A DNA stretch of 32,000 bases, taken from assembly GCA_934660865.1 (NCBI GenBank), contig CAKUIA010000001.1, forward strand, positions 173,226-205,225, read 5' to 3'. The notes below the pieces were generated by a model. It made no database searches. It saw only the letters and a list, made by a program, of their open reading frames with translations, and had not been told where the DNA came from. The DNA comes from an uncultured Opitutales bacterium (lineage in GTDB: Bacteria; Verrucomicrobiota; Verrucomicrobiia; Opitutales; Intestinicryptomonadaceae). Both the position numbers and the translations under genes were made by a program. Shown here in pieces: positions 7,990 to 17,399 of this stretch (positions are counted from its first letter, which is position 1; every line of letters starts with the position of its first letter).

Positions 7990-10900
7990 TTATTTTGCAA
8001 GCTTTTTTTGATTTAAAATTACGTCTTTGCCGAAAATCCTTCTAATTATGTAATAAAATACGGGGGTCATTAAACAGCCGCATATTGTTACGCCCAACAT
8101 ACCGAACAAAACCGATGTTCCCAATGCCTGCCTTAGCTCGAAACCCGAGCCCGTGCCGTATGCCAAAGGAACTACGCCCAAGATAAATGCAAAAGATGTC
8201 ATCAAAATGGGGCGCAAGCGGTTTTTGGAAGCATTGCTTACTGCGCTTACAATCTCCTCGCCCCTTGCCTCTCTTTGCTTTGCAAATTCGACAATCAAAA
8301 TCGCGTTTTTGCAGGCAAGGCCTATAAGCACAACAAAGCCTATTTGCGACATTATGTTGTTGTCCATTCGCCTATAATCTATGCCGAGCACCGCAAACAA
8401 AAGCACCAGCGGCACAATAAGTATAACCGAAAGGGGAATTGTCCAGCTCTCGTACAGCGCCGAAAGCAAAAGAAAAATAAACACAACGCACACGCCGAAA
8501 ATATACAGCGCGGTGTTGCCCGCCTTGCGTTCCTGATAAACAAGGTCTGTCCACTCTATGCCCATGCCCACGGGCAAAATTTGGCGGGCAAGCTCTTCTA
8601 TTTGGTTGGCAACATAGCCCGTGCTATAGCCCTTTTTAAGGTTGCCCTGAATGGGCGCGCTTGAATAAAGGTTAAACCTTTCCACACGGTCGGGGCCAAT
8701 GCCGCGCCTTATTTTTACAAGCGAGCCGAACGGAACGCTTTTGCCGTTTTTGCTGGGAACTTTTAAGTTGTATATGTCGTTTATGCTGCCCCTGTTTTCG
8801 GGTTGGCCCTGGGCTACAACCCTGTAAACGCGCCCCAAAATATTAAAGTCGTTAACGTAGGCCGAGCCGAAATTATACTGCATTGCGGCAAAAATTTCGG
8901 ATATGGGAACATTTAGCTTTTGCGCCCTTTCGCGGTCTACCTCCATAAACAGCTGCGGGTCGCTTACCCTATACGAAGTAAACACGCTGTCTACGGAATC
9001 GAGCTTTCCTATTTCCTCTACCAAAAGGTTTGCATAGTGGTTTAGCTGCATAACGCCAAGTCCCGCCCTGTCTTGCAGCATAAATTTAAAGTCGCTACCC
9101 GACCCTATGCCGGGAACGGGCGAAGGCGTTAAAATGTTGCTCTTTGCCTCCGAGATATTTTCGTCGAGAACCTTCCTTGCCTCCTGCATGATATATGCCA
9201 TTGTGTAGCCGTGGGTGTCTCTGTAGGGGCGTTCCCTGAAATTTACAACCAACCTGCCGCAAGAGGACGAAACCATACCCGTTGCCGCGTTTTGCCCCGC
9301 GTTAGACTGCGCATACATTATGCCCGCAATGCGCATAACAAGGTCGCCCGCGCGTTTGGTAACCTCTTCGGTTGTACTAAACGCCGTTCCGTTGGGCATA
9401 TCAAGGCCTATGTTTATAAAGCCTCTGTCCTGCTTGGGTATAAAGCCCTTGGGGGTTGTTTCGAAAACGTGAACCGTCAGATACAGCAAGCCTATATACA
9501 AAAGAAAAATTATAACCGAAATTCTTATTAAGCCGGCAACCAAGCGGCCGTAGAACTTTGCGCAAAGATCGAAAAGCCTGTTGAAAAGCCAGAATATTTT
9601 GCCGAATGTATAGTTGTATAGCTTAAACAAAAATCCTTTTTTTGCATGGGGCTTTTCTTTAAGGAAAATCGCGCAAAGCGCGGGCGTTAGCGTAAGCGAA
9701 ACTATGCCCGAAAATATTGTGGAGGCGGCTATTGTTATTGCAAACTGCCTGTAAAACTGCCCCGAAATGCCGCCCAAAAACGCGGTGGGCAAAAACACGC
9801 AGCTTAGCACCAAAACTATAGCTATAAGCGCGCCCTGCACCTGCGTCATTGCCTTTTCGGTTGCGGCTTTTGCGTCCAGACCGTCGGCCATATTGCGCTC
9901 TACGTTTTCGACAACAACAATCGCGTCGTCTACAACAATGCCTATGGCAAGCACCAAGCCGAATAGAGTAAGGTTGTTTATAGAATAGCCCAAAGCGTAC
10001 ATAACCGCAAATGTGCCGACAAGCGAAACGGGAATTGCAAAAAGCGGAATGACTGCCGCCCTGAATTTTTGCAGGAACAACAGCACAACAAAAACAACCA
10101 AAATTACGGCGTCGAAAATAGTGCTGTAAACGGCGTTGATTGATTCGGAAATATACTCGGTTGTATCGAAGCCTATGATATAGTCTACATCGTTGGGGAA
10201 GTCTTTTTTAAGTTCCTCCAGCTCTTTGCGAATGTTTTTAACAGTTTGCACCGCGTTAGACCCGGGCAACTGGTAGGCGCCCATGCCCACCGTACTTTTG
10301 TTGTTTATGTACGAGTCGGTATTGTAGTTGTACGAAGCCAGCTCTATTTTTGCCACGTCTTTTAGGCGGATAACCCTGCCGTCGGGCAAGTCTTTTACTA
10401 TAATCGAGCCGAATTCCGATTCGGTCGAAAGCCTGCCCTTCATATTTATCAGCAGCTCAAGCGTTGCGTCTTCCTTGTGGGGCGACTGGTTTATTTTGCC
10501 CGCGGCAACCTGCTTGTTTTGCTCTTCTATTGCCGAAATAATCTCCTTTGCGCTCATATTCAGGCTGGCAAGCCTGTCGGGGTCTATCCAAATACGCATG
10601 CAATATTCCTTTGCGCCCCAAACGTCGAATTCGCTAACGCCGTATACGCGCGAAAGCCTGTCTTGCATATTTGTAATTGCGTAGTTTGTTAAATACAGTT
10701 TGTCGCGCGTGCCCTTCGGCGAAATAAGGTTTACCGTCATCAGCAAATCGGGCGAACGCTTTGCCACGGTTACGCCCTTGTCGCGCACCTCTTTCGGCAA
10801 TCTGGAAAGCGACTGCGAAACCTTGTTTTGCACCAAAACCTGCGCCATATCTATGTTGGTGCCCGTTTCGAAAGTAACGGTAATTCTAACCGAGCCGTTC

Positions 10901-11157
10901 GAAGCGCACTGGCTTTGCATGTAAATCATATTTTCTACGCCGTTTATTTCCTGCTCGAGGGGGGCGGCAACCGTGTTCATCAAAACTTCGGGAGAAGCGC
11001 CCGCATAGTTTGCCGAAACCGAAATTGTAGGCGGCACAATATTTGGATATTGCGTAATCGGCAGATTTTGGAACGCAACGGCACCTACAAGTATTATAAA
11101 GATTGAAATAACGCTTGCAAAAATGGGCCTGTTTATAAAGAAGTGCGAAAAATTCAT
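7990..11157 (-). CDS. RND efflux transporter, inner-membrane permease (AcrB/MexB-like, HAE1 family)
   Basis: 1055 aa. The N-terminus MNFSHFFINRPIFASVISIFIILVGAVAF...YP...PPTISVSA..PGASP is typical of AcrB, with 12-TM architecture and two large periplasmic loops. Confidence 0.95.
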   Translation of the reverse strand: MNFSHFFINRPIFASVISIFIILVGAVAFQNLPITQYPNIVPPTISVSANYAGASPEVLMNTVAAPLEQEINGVENMIYMQSQCASNGSVRITVTFETGTNIDMAQVLVQNKVSQSLSRLPKEVRDKGVTVAKRSPDLLMTVNLISPKGTRDKLYLTNYAITNMQDRLSRVYGVSEFDVWGAKEYCMRIWIDPDRLASLNMSAKEIISAIEEQNKQVAAGKINQSPHKEDATLELLINMKGRLSTESEFGSIIVKDLPDGRVIRLKDVAKIELASYNYNTDSYINNKSTVGMGAYQLPGSNAVQTVKNIRKELEELKKDFPNDVDYIIGFDTTEYISESINAVYSTIFDAVILVVFVVLLFLQKFRAAVIPLFAIPVSLVGTFAVMYALGYSINNLTLFGLVLAIGIVVDDAIVVVENVERNMADGLDAKAATEKAMTQVQGALIAIVLVLSCVFLPTAFLGGISGQFYRQFAITIAASTIFSGIVSLTLTPALCAIFLKEKPHAKKGFLFKLYNYTFGKIFWLFNRLFDLCAKFYGRLVAGLIRISVIIFLLYIGLLYLTVHVFETTPKGFIPKQDRGFINIGLDMPNGTAFSTTEEVTKRAGDLVMRIAGIMYAQSNAGQNAATGMVSSSCGRLVVNFRERPYRDTHGYTMAYIMQEARKVLDENISEAKSNILTPSPVPGIGSGSDFKFMLQDRAGLGVMQLNHYANLLVEEIGKLDSVDSVFTSYRVSDPQLFMEVDRERAQKLNVPISEIFAAMQYNFGSAYVNDFNILGRVYRVVAQGQPENRGSINDIYNLKVPSKNGKSVPFGSLVKIRRGIGPDRVERFNLYSSAPIQGNLKKGYSTGYVANQIEELARQILPVGMGIEWTDLVYQERKAGNTALYIFGVCVVFIFLLLSALYESWTIPLSVILIVPLVLLFAVLGIDYRRMDNNIMSQIGFVVLIGLACKNAILIVEFAKQREARGEEIVSAVSNASKNRLRPILMTSFAFILGVVPLAYGTGSGFELRQALGTSVLFGMLGVTICGCLMTPVFYYIIRRIFGKDVILNQKKLAK

Positions 11158-12287
11158 TATTTAAGCTCCACCTTTACGGGTTTTACAACCGAATTTAACT
11201 TTGCGCGGTGAAGCGCCTTTACAACAACCCAATCGCTGTCTTTTAGGCCGTCTAAAATTATTATGTTTTTGCCTATGCTTTCGCCTACGCTTACCGCGCG
11301 GTATTCTACAACGTTCTTGTCGTTTACAACCAAAACATAGCGGCCAACCAAGTCGGTGCCCACAATCTGCTCGGGCAGCATAAGGCGGTCTACACCCTCG
11401 CTGCGGCGCAAACTTGCCTTTGCATACATTCCGGGGAAAAGCTTGCCCTTTGAATTGTCTACATCGGCCCTAAGCTCCATACTTGCCGAATTTAGCTTGT
11501 TGTCGATATACGTCAGCACGCCGGTGTGCGACGCGGTCTTTTCGTCCATAAGCTTTATCTTTACGGGCGGGCCGCTGCGGGTGTCGCCGTTGATTTTGTC
11601 GATAAGGTTTTCGTTCGAATAGTTTATTATGTCGCGTTCGCTAACTTCGAAATACGCATATATTGTAGCCCTCGAAACCACGTTTGCCATAAGGGTGTCG
11701 GAGGCAGCAATAAGGTTGCCCGCGTCTACCATGCGGCGGCTTACATAGCCCGAAATGGGAGAGGTGATTTTCGTAAATTCAAGATTAAGGTTTGCCTCTT
11801 TTAGCTGCGCTTTTGCGCTCATTAGCAATGCGTTTGTTGTAAGATATTCGCTGCGGCGCGTTTCCAAAGTTTCCTTAGAAATTGCCTTGGCGGCAAACAG
11901 CTCTTCTGCGCGGTTTAGGTTGCTTTTTGCCAGGCTTACTTTCGATTCAGCCTCTATAACCGAAGCCTTGCAGTTTTCCACTACAACTTCGAAGGGCCTC
12001 GGGTCTATAAGGAAAAGCGGCTGGCCCTCCTTTACGTATTGGCCGTCGAAAAACAGAATCTTTTCGAGATAGCCGCTAACGCGCGAACGAATTTCAACCG
12101 ACTTTTCGCCCTCAAGCCTTGCAACGTAGTCGTCCCAAATTTCAACCTTGCGCTTTATGGGGTTTGCAACCTCTACCGTAGTGTTCTGCGCAACCGGTTT
12201 AACCGTTTGTTGTTCGTCTTTGCACGATACCGCAAAAAATGCGCACAATGCAAACAATGCCAATGTATATAAATTTGTCTTTGCCAT
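11157..12287 (-). CDS. RND efflux periplasmic adaptor (membrane fusion protein, HlyD/AcrA family), lipoprotein
   Basis: Lipobox AVSC, a coiled-coil hairpin region and barrel-sandwich motifs (ITSPISGYV). The stop TAA shares its A with the ATG of the pump gene (TAATG), which indicates translational coupling. No outer-membrane factor gene is adjacent. Confidence 0.9.
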   Translation of the reverse strand: MAKTNLYTLALFALCAFFAVSCKDEQQTVKPVAQNTTVEVANPIKRKVEIWDDYVARLEGEKSVEIRSRVSGYLEKILFFDGQYVKEGQPLFLIDPRPFEVVVENCKASVIEAESKVSLAKSNLNRAEELFAAKAISKETLETRRSEYLTTNALLMSAKAQLKEANLNLEFTKITSPISGYVSRRMVDAGNLIAASDTLMANVVSRATIYAYFEVSERDIINYSNENLIDKINGDTRSGPPVKIKLMDEKTASHTGVLTYIDNKLNSASMELRADVDNSKGKLFPGMYAKASLRRSEGVDRLMLPEQIVGTDLVGRYVLVVNDKNVVEYRAVSVGESIGKNIIILDGLKDSDWVVVKALHRAKLNSVVKPVKVELK

Positions 12288-12472
12288 ATATAAGATAAAG
12301 TTTTTTTAAGGCCCGGAAAAAAGAAAACTGTACCGCAATTTGCCGCAAAAACCGGCAACGCGACACCTAATAAAGCCCTTCCCCACAAGCCGTTAAAGTT
12401 TTAAAGATTTACAATTATATAAAAGGAAAAGCTTTTCAAGAATTTTTACCTAAAATTTTGCATTGTTTTTGC

Positions 12473-12505
12473 AAAAAAAACGCCCCGCCGAATGTCGGCG
12501 AAGCG
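12473..12505 (-). terminator. Rho-independent terminator
   Basis: The minus strand reads CGCTTCGCCGA-CAT-TCGGCGGGGCG (11-bp stem including 2 G.U pairs) followed by T8, 24 nt after the stop at 12529. Confidence 0.8.
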
Positions 12506-12528
12506 CAGTAAACCTTGTGTAAGACAAA

Positions 12529-13362
12529 TTAGTTTTCCCTTAAAAACTTTACGCACTTTTCCAAGTCTTTTAGGTTGTCTTTGTAGTTGGCTTCGTACTC
12601 GATAACAAAAAAGCCGTCGTAGCCCTGTTTGTCCAGCTCGGCAAGCATTGCCTTGTCGTTAAGCGCGCCCTCGCCCAGTGGAACGGGCTGGTTTTTTGCG
12701 TTTCCGAATTCGGCCTGGTCTTTAAAGTGAATGGAGCCTATGTTGCCTTTTAAAAGCTTAAGGGCGTCTACTGGGTTTATGCCGCAGCGCGACCAGTGCC
12801 CTACATCGGGGTTTGCCATGACGTTGTCGAAAGGCCTTGTGTATTTATTCATAACTTCGGGGTCGAAATACTGGTTTAGGCTGTCTTTTGCGTGGTGGTG
12901 CAAACACATTTTTACGCCGTATTTTTTGCCGAATTTATCCCATACGGGGAATCTCGAAACGGGGTCTTCGGTGATTATGCGCTCAATGCCGAATTCGTTT
13001 GCAAAGCGGCAGTATTTTTCCACATCGGCGTCTTTCGAGGTTCTTTTTACGCCGAAGCTTACCATTTTAAGCTTTGCGTCGGCAAAAAGCTTTTTCACAA
13101 ACGCCTTTTGCTCGGCGGTCATATTAACGTCGAATTTCGCGTTGCCGAATTTGTCGGAAATTCTCTGGTTCGGATAACATTCAACGCCGTCTATATCAAG
13201 ACCCTTTATCCTGTTTACGGTTTCTTCAAGCGTATAGCAGTTCATTGAAAACGCCTGAATTGCAATTTTGCGGTGCTTTTTTGCGGGAGATTCGCCATGC
13301 GCAAACGCCGACGAAATAGCAAAGGCCAACAACAGTATTAACGATATAATCTTCTTAGTCAT
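12529..13362 (-). CDS. Secreted xylose-isomerase-like TIM-barrel protein (sugar phosphate isomerase/epimerase family)
   Basis: 277 aa with a Sec signal peptide (LLLAFAISSAFA/HG). The overall pattern (IAIQAFS..., HHHA, HFKD, VIEYE) resembles the AP-endonuclease-2 / xylose-isomerase-like TIM-barrel family. The assignment rests on motif recall only. Confidence 0.6.
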   Translation of the reverse strand: MTKKIISLILLLAFAISSAFAHGESPAKKHRKIAIQAFSMNCYTLEETVNRIKGLDIDGVECYPNQRISDKFGNAKFDVNMTAEQKAFVKKLFADAKLKMVSFGVKRTSKDADVEKYCRFANEFGIERIITEDPVSRFPVWDKFGKKYGVKMCLHHHAKDSLNQYFDPEVMNKYTRPFDNVMANPDVGHWSRCGINPVDALKLLKGNIGSIHFKDQAEFGNAKNQPVPLGEGALNDKAMLAELDKQGYDGFFVIEYEANYKDNLKDLEKCVKFLREN

Positions 13363-13463
13363 AATGCCGATTTTCTAACTTCGGTAAAATTTTTATTCAA
13401 GAACTTTTTTAATTTTCTTGATAAAGCGCAAAACTATACATATTCGTAAATCAATTTATAGAT

Positions 13464-15140
13464 ATGTATATGAAAAACACAGCAAAAACATTTTTCTTTT
13501 TAGCCTGCCTGCTCGGTTGCATAAGCGCGTTTGCCGAAGCAAAAGCGTCGATAGACTCCGTTAAGCTAAACTATGCGCAGGCAAAAAGCCTGTATGCAAA
13601 AGTGGTGAAAGTTTCGGATTTCGGCGCCATTGCAAACGACGGCAAAGACGATACCAAAGCCATAAACGCCGCCCTTGAAAAGGCGGCCGAACTTGCCAAA
13701 AGCGAACCCGTTTGCCTGCTTTTCGAAAAAGGCAGCTACGACATTGCGCCCGAAAACAACGAGTTTTACGCATTAAAATTAAAGAACGCAAAAAACATTT
13801 TAATAGACGGCAACAACGCAACTTTAATAAGGCACAGGGGCGCCGTATTTTTCTTAAAAGACTCCTCCAACATTGCGGTTGCAAATTTTAAAATTAAAAA
13901 CGCCGAACTGGCCATAACCGGAGGCGTGGTTGTAAATAACGGCGACGGATTTTTCGACTGCAAAATAGCCGAGCAATTCCCCGCCTACGAAAAACCCGTT
14001 TTGGCTGTTATAGGCTACGACGAAAAACACGACTGCTACAACGTGAAAGTTGCCGACATTTACCAGCTGGACAGCACCGTTAACGCGAAGAAAATCGCCG
14101 ACAAAACTTTGCGCGTGTTTTTAAACAAGGGCAAAAAAGCGCCGCCTTTAAATTCAACCGTATTGCTGCGCTACGCCGTTTACGGCCCGCAGGCGGTTAT
14201 GTCGGAAAAATGCAAAAATGCAAGGTTCTACAACCTTACAGTATTGGAACACTCGGGAATGGGCATTTTGGCGCTGAACACCGAAAACATTTATGTGGAC
14301 AATTTCAACGTAAAAACAAGCGACAAAAAATATTGGATGGCGGCCACCGCCGACGGGCTTCACTTTAAAAACTGCAAAGGCAAAGTGTTTATATACAATT
14401 CCTATTTCGAAAAACTCGGCGACGACGCATTGAACATTCACCAAATGTACCTTACCGTTAACAAACGTATTTCGCCCAGAAAAATAGAGGTTTTCCATGC
14501 AAGGAATTTAAGCGAAAAGCAAAGGCACCCCGCAAAGGAAAGACCGTTCCCCTACTACCTTGTTCCCGACAAGGGCGACACCATTGTTTTCGGCGAAAGG
14601 GACAACTACCTAAGGCTGGGCTCGCCAAACAGGATTGTTGGCGCTCAGATTTTGCACGACAAAGGCTCGGCAATTTTCGAGTTCGAAAACGACCTGCCCG
14701 AACACGTCGACTACGGGCTGACTGTTGCAAACATTTCGCAAGACCCGTATACGGAAATAAAAAACTGCACCGTAAGGGGCAACAGGGCAAGGGGTTTCCT
14801 TATAAAGGTTTCGGAGGCCGTAATAGAAAACTGCACGTTCATACGCCCGACAATTAGCGGCATATTGCTTGAAAACGACGCCAGCTACTGGTACGAGGGC
14901 ATTAGGGTTAAAAACCTGCTTATAAAAAACTGCAAGTTCGACAACTGCGGAACAAGATGGAACAGGAACAAGCTGCCGCCCGCAATTTGGGACGATGCCT
15001 CTTTTTGCAAGGGAGTTCCCAAAAACGGCTATGTAAACGAAAACGTTAAAATAGAAGACTGCGAATTTATAAACTGCAATGTTTTGCTGCAGCAGACAAA
15101 GAACGTAGCGGAAAAAAACAACAACTACGAGGAGGACTAA
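13464..15140 (+). CDS. Secreted or lipoprotein right-handed beta-helix protein (pectate-lyase fold; probable glycoside hydrolase or polysaccharide lyase)
   Basis: 558 aa. Signal peptide with lipobox LLGC, the N-terminal motif VSDFGAIANDGKDDTKAINAALEKA typical of pectate-lyase-3 type domains, and repeated NC-x-V/F-x-N PbH1-like turns near the C-terminus. Confidence 0.65.
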   Translation: MYMKNTAKTFFFLACLLGCISAFAEAKASIDSVKLNYAQAKSLYAKVVKVSDFGAIANDGKDDTKAINAALEKAAELAKSEPVCLLFEKGSYDIAPENNEFYALKLKNAKNILIDGNNATLIRHRGAVFFLKDSSNIAVANFKIKNAELAITGGVVVNNGDGFFDCKIAEQFPAYEKPVLAVIGYDEKHDCYNVKVADIYQLDSTVNAKKIADKTLRVFLNKGKKAPPLNSTVLLRYAVYGPQAVMSEKCKNARFYNLTVLEHSGMGILALNTENIYVDNFNVKTSDKKYWMAATADGLHFKNCKGKVFIYNSYFEKLGDDALNIHQMYLTVNKRISPRKIEVFHARNLSEKQRHPAKERPFPYYLVPDKGDTIVFGERDNYLRLGSPNRIVGAQILHDKGSAIFEFENDLPEHVDYGLTVANISQDPYTEIKNCTVRGNRARGFLIKVSEAVIENCTFIRPTISGILLENDASYWYEGIRVKNLLIKNCKFDNCGTRWNRNKLPPAIWDDASFCKGVPKNGYVNENVKIEDCEFINCNVLLQQTKNVAEKNNNYEED

Positions 15141-15171
15141 TTTTTATTTTGCGCCCTTTTGGATAAAGGAA

Positions 15172-15207
15172 AATCCCGCTCCTGTTTGGGGGGCGGGATT
15201 GTTTTTT
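15172..15207. terminator. Bidirectional terminator between convergent genes
   Basis: AATCCCGC (15172-15179) pairs with GCGGGATT (15193-15200). It is followed by TTTTTT on the + strand and by TTTTCCTTT on the - strand. Confidence 0.75.
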
Positions 15208-15232
15208 GTGTCTCTTTATAATAGCAGTTTTT

Positions 15233-17365
15233 TTAGTAGACAAAAAGCATTTCGCAATACTTGGGCAGCGGCCACAATTCGTTGTCGACTTCGCCTTCGA
15301 GCGTATCGGCAATTTTGCGGACTTGAGCCATTGCCTCGAGCAGCTTTACGGGAGCTTCGCCCTTCTTTATGAGGGCTTCAAGCTTGTCGGCCGCCAAAAC
15401 CAAAGCGTTAAGCCTTGTGTCGATTTTCGACGCCAGCGTTTTTACCGCCGAATTCTTTGTGCCCAAAACCTTTTCGGCTTCGAGCGACTTGCCCAGCTTT
15501 TCCAAATAGGAAACAACCGCGGGAATTATGTGCGTGCGCGAAATCTTCAAAGTCAACCCCGCTTCTATTCCGACTTTGCGGGTGTATTCCTCCAAAAATA
15601 CTTCGTAGCGCGACTTTAATTCCACCGAATTGAAGACTCCGTACTTTTCGAAAAGCGCAACGTTCTTGGGGTCTACCAAGGGCTTGATTGCCTCGGGGGT
15701 TGTGCGCAAATTGGGCAACTTGCGCTTTGCAGCCTCCTTCTTCCAGGCTTCGCCGTAACCGTCGCCGTTGAAGATAATCTTCTTGTGCTTTTTGATTATC
15801 GTCGAAAGAATCTTTTGCAATTCGTCGTGGAAGTTTGCGCCTTTTGGCAGATTTTCGAGCATTGTTGCGATTTCGTCGAAAGCTTCGGCAACGGCGGTAT
15901 TCAAAACAATGTTCGGGCTTGCGCAGCTTTGCGAAGAGCCTGCGGCTCTAAACTCGAACTTGTTGCCCGTAAAGGCAAATGGGCTTGTTCTGTTTCTGTC
16001 GGTTGCGTCGCAGGGCAATACGGGCAAAATGTCGGCTCCGATTTTCAAAATCTTGCCGTGCTTGCTCGACTTTGCTCCGCCGTTTTCGATTTGCTCTACA
16101 ATGTCGGCGAGCTGTTCGCCCAAGTACATCGAGATTATTGCCGGCGGCGCTTCGTTTGCGCCCAAACGGTGGTCGTTGCCAGCGCCCGCTATGGCCGAGC
16201 GCAACAAGTCGGCGTGCCTGTCGACAGCCTGTATTACCGCGCAAAGGCTTGTAAGGAATATCGCGTTTTGGTGTGGGTCGTCGCCGGGGTTAAGCAAATT
16301 GATGTCGCCAACCGAAATGGACCAGTTGTTGTGCTTGCCCGAGCCGTTTACGCCGTCGAAGGGCTTTTCGTGAAGCAGGCAGGCAAAGCCGTGCTTGTCG
16401 CCTATCCTCTTTAGCGCGTCCATAATAAGCATATTGTGGTCTACCGCCAAGTTAAGCTCTTCAAACATCGGGGCAATTTCGAACTGCGCGGGGGCAACTT
16501 CGTTGTGCCTCGTCTTTGCGGGTATGCCGAGCCTCCACAATTCGTGGTCCAACTCGCTCATAAACGACAAAATTCTGGGTTTAATTGCACCGAAGTAGTG
16601 GTCTTCCAGTTGTTGGTGCCTTTGCGGGGGAGCGCCGAAAAGCGTTCTGCCCGTTTGCATTAGGTCGGGGCGTTGTACATAAAAACGCTTGTCGATTAAA
16701 AAGTACTCCTGTTCGGCGCCCAAGGTTACCTTTGCGTTGCCCTCGAAAGTTTTGCCGAAGCACTTTAGCAGGCGCTTTGCCTGTGCGCCCAAAACCTGCA
16801 TCGAGCGCAGCAAGGGGGTTTTCTTGTCGAGAACCTCGCCCGTGTACGAGCAAAACGCCGTGGGAATATACAAGGTTGCAACACCGTATTCGCGCTTGAT
16901 AAAGGCGGGGCTTGTCGGGTCCCATGCGGTGTAGCCGCGGGCTTCGGCCGTAGAGCGCAAACCGCCCGAGGGGAAACTGGAGGCATCGGGTTCGCCCATT
17001 ATAAGGTTTTTGCCCGAAAATCTTGCAATAACTTCGCCGCCGCCGACCGGTTCAAGGAAGGAGTCGTGCTTTTCGGCGCTGGAACCCGTAAGGGGCATAA
17101 ACCAGTGCGTGTAGTGGGTAGCTCCCCTCTTTATCGCCCAGCTTTTCATTGCGTGGGCAACATCGTCGGCAATCGAAGAATCTATTGCCTTGCCCGTGTT
17201 CATTGTTTCCATCAACTTCTTGAAAACGGGCTTGGGGAGGTATTCCGACATCGCCTTGATGTTGAATACGTCGCAGCCGTAGTCTTCTATGAAGTTGCCT
17301 GCCGCCGCCGTTTCGGGAACGGCGGTGTCGGCAATATTTGCCAGTGCTATTTTTCTGCTATTCAT
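15233..17365 (-). CDS. Glutamine synthetase, type III
   Basis: 710 aa. The N-terminal region FNIKAMSEYLPKPVFKKLMETMNTGKAIDSSIADDVAHAMKSWAIKRGATHYTHWF and the ~700-aa length are characteristic of GSIII (Bacteroides/cyanobacterial GlnN type). Confidence 0.92.
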   Translation of the reverse strand: MNSRKIALANIADTAVPETAAAGNFIEDYGCDVFNIKAMSEYLPKPVFKKLMETMNTGKAIDSSIADDVAHAMKSWAIKRGATHYTHWFMPLTGSSAEKHDSFLEPVGGGEVIARFSGKNLIMGEPDASSFPSGGLRSTAEARGYTAWDPTSPAFIKREYGVATLYIPTAFCSYTGEVLDKKTPLLRSMQVLGAQAKRLLKCFGKTFEGNAKVTLGAEQEYFLIDKRFYVQRPDLMQTGRTLFGAPPQRHQQLEDHYFGAIKPRILSFMSELDHELWRLGIPAKTRHNEVAPAQFEIAPMFEELNLAVDHNMLIMDALKRIGDKHGFACLLHEKPFDGVNGSGKHNNWSISVGDINLLNPGDDPHQNAIFLTSLCAVIQAVDRHADLLRSAIAGAGNDHRLGANEAPPAIISMYLGEQLADIVEQIENGGAKSSKHGKILKIGADILPVLPCDATDRNRTSPFAFTGNKFEFRAAGSSQSCASPNIVLNTAVAEAFDEIATMLENLPKGANFHDELQKILSTIIKKHKKIIFNGDGYGEAWKKEAAKRKLPNLRTTPEAIKPLVDPKNVALFEKYGVFNSVELKSRYEVFLEEYTRKVGIEAGLTLKISRTHIIPAVVSYLEKLGKSLEAEKVLGTKNSAVKTLASKIDTRLNALVLAADKLEALIKKGEAPVKLLEAMAQVRKIADTLEGEVDNELWPLPKYCEMLFVY

Positions 17366-17399
17366 ATTTTTGTCCTTTCAAAATTTGTCTCTTTAAAAA

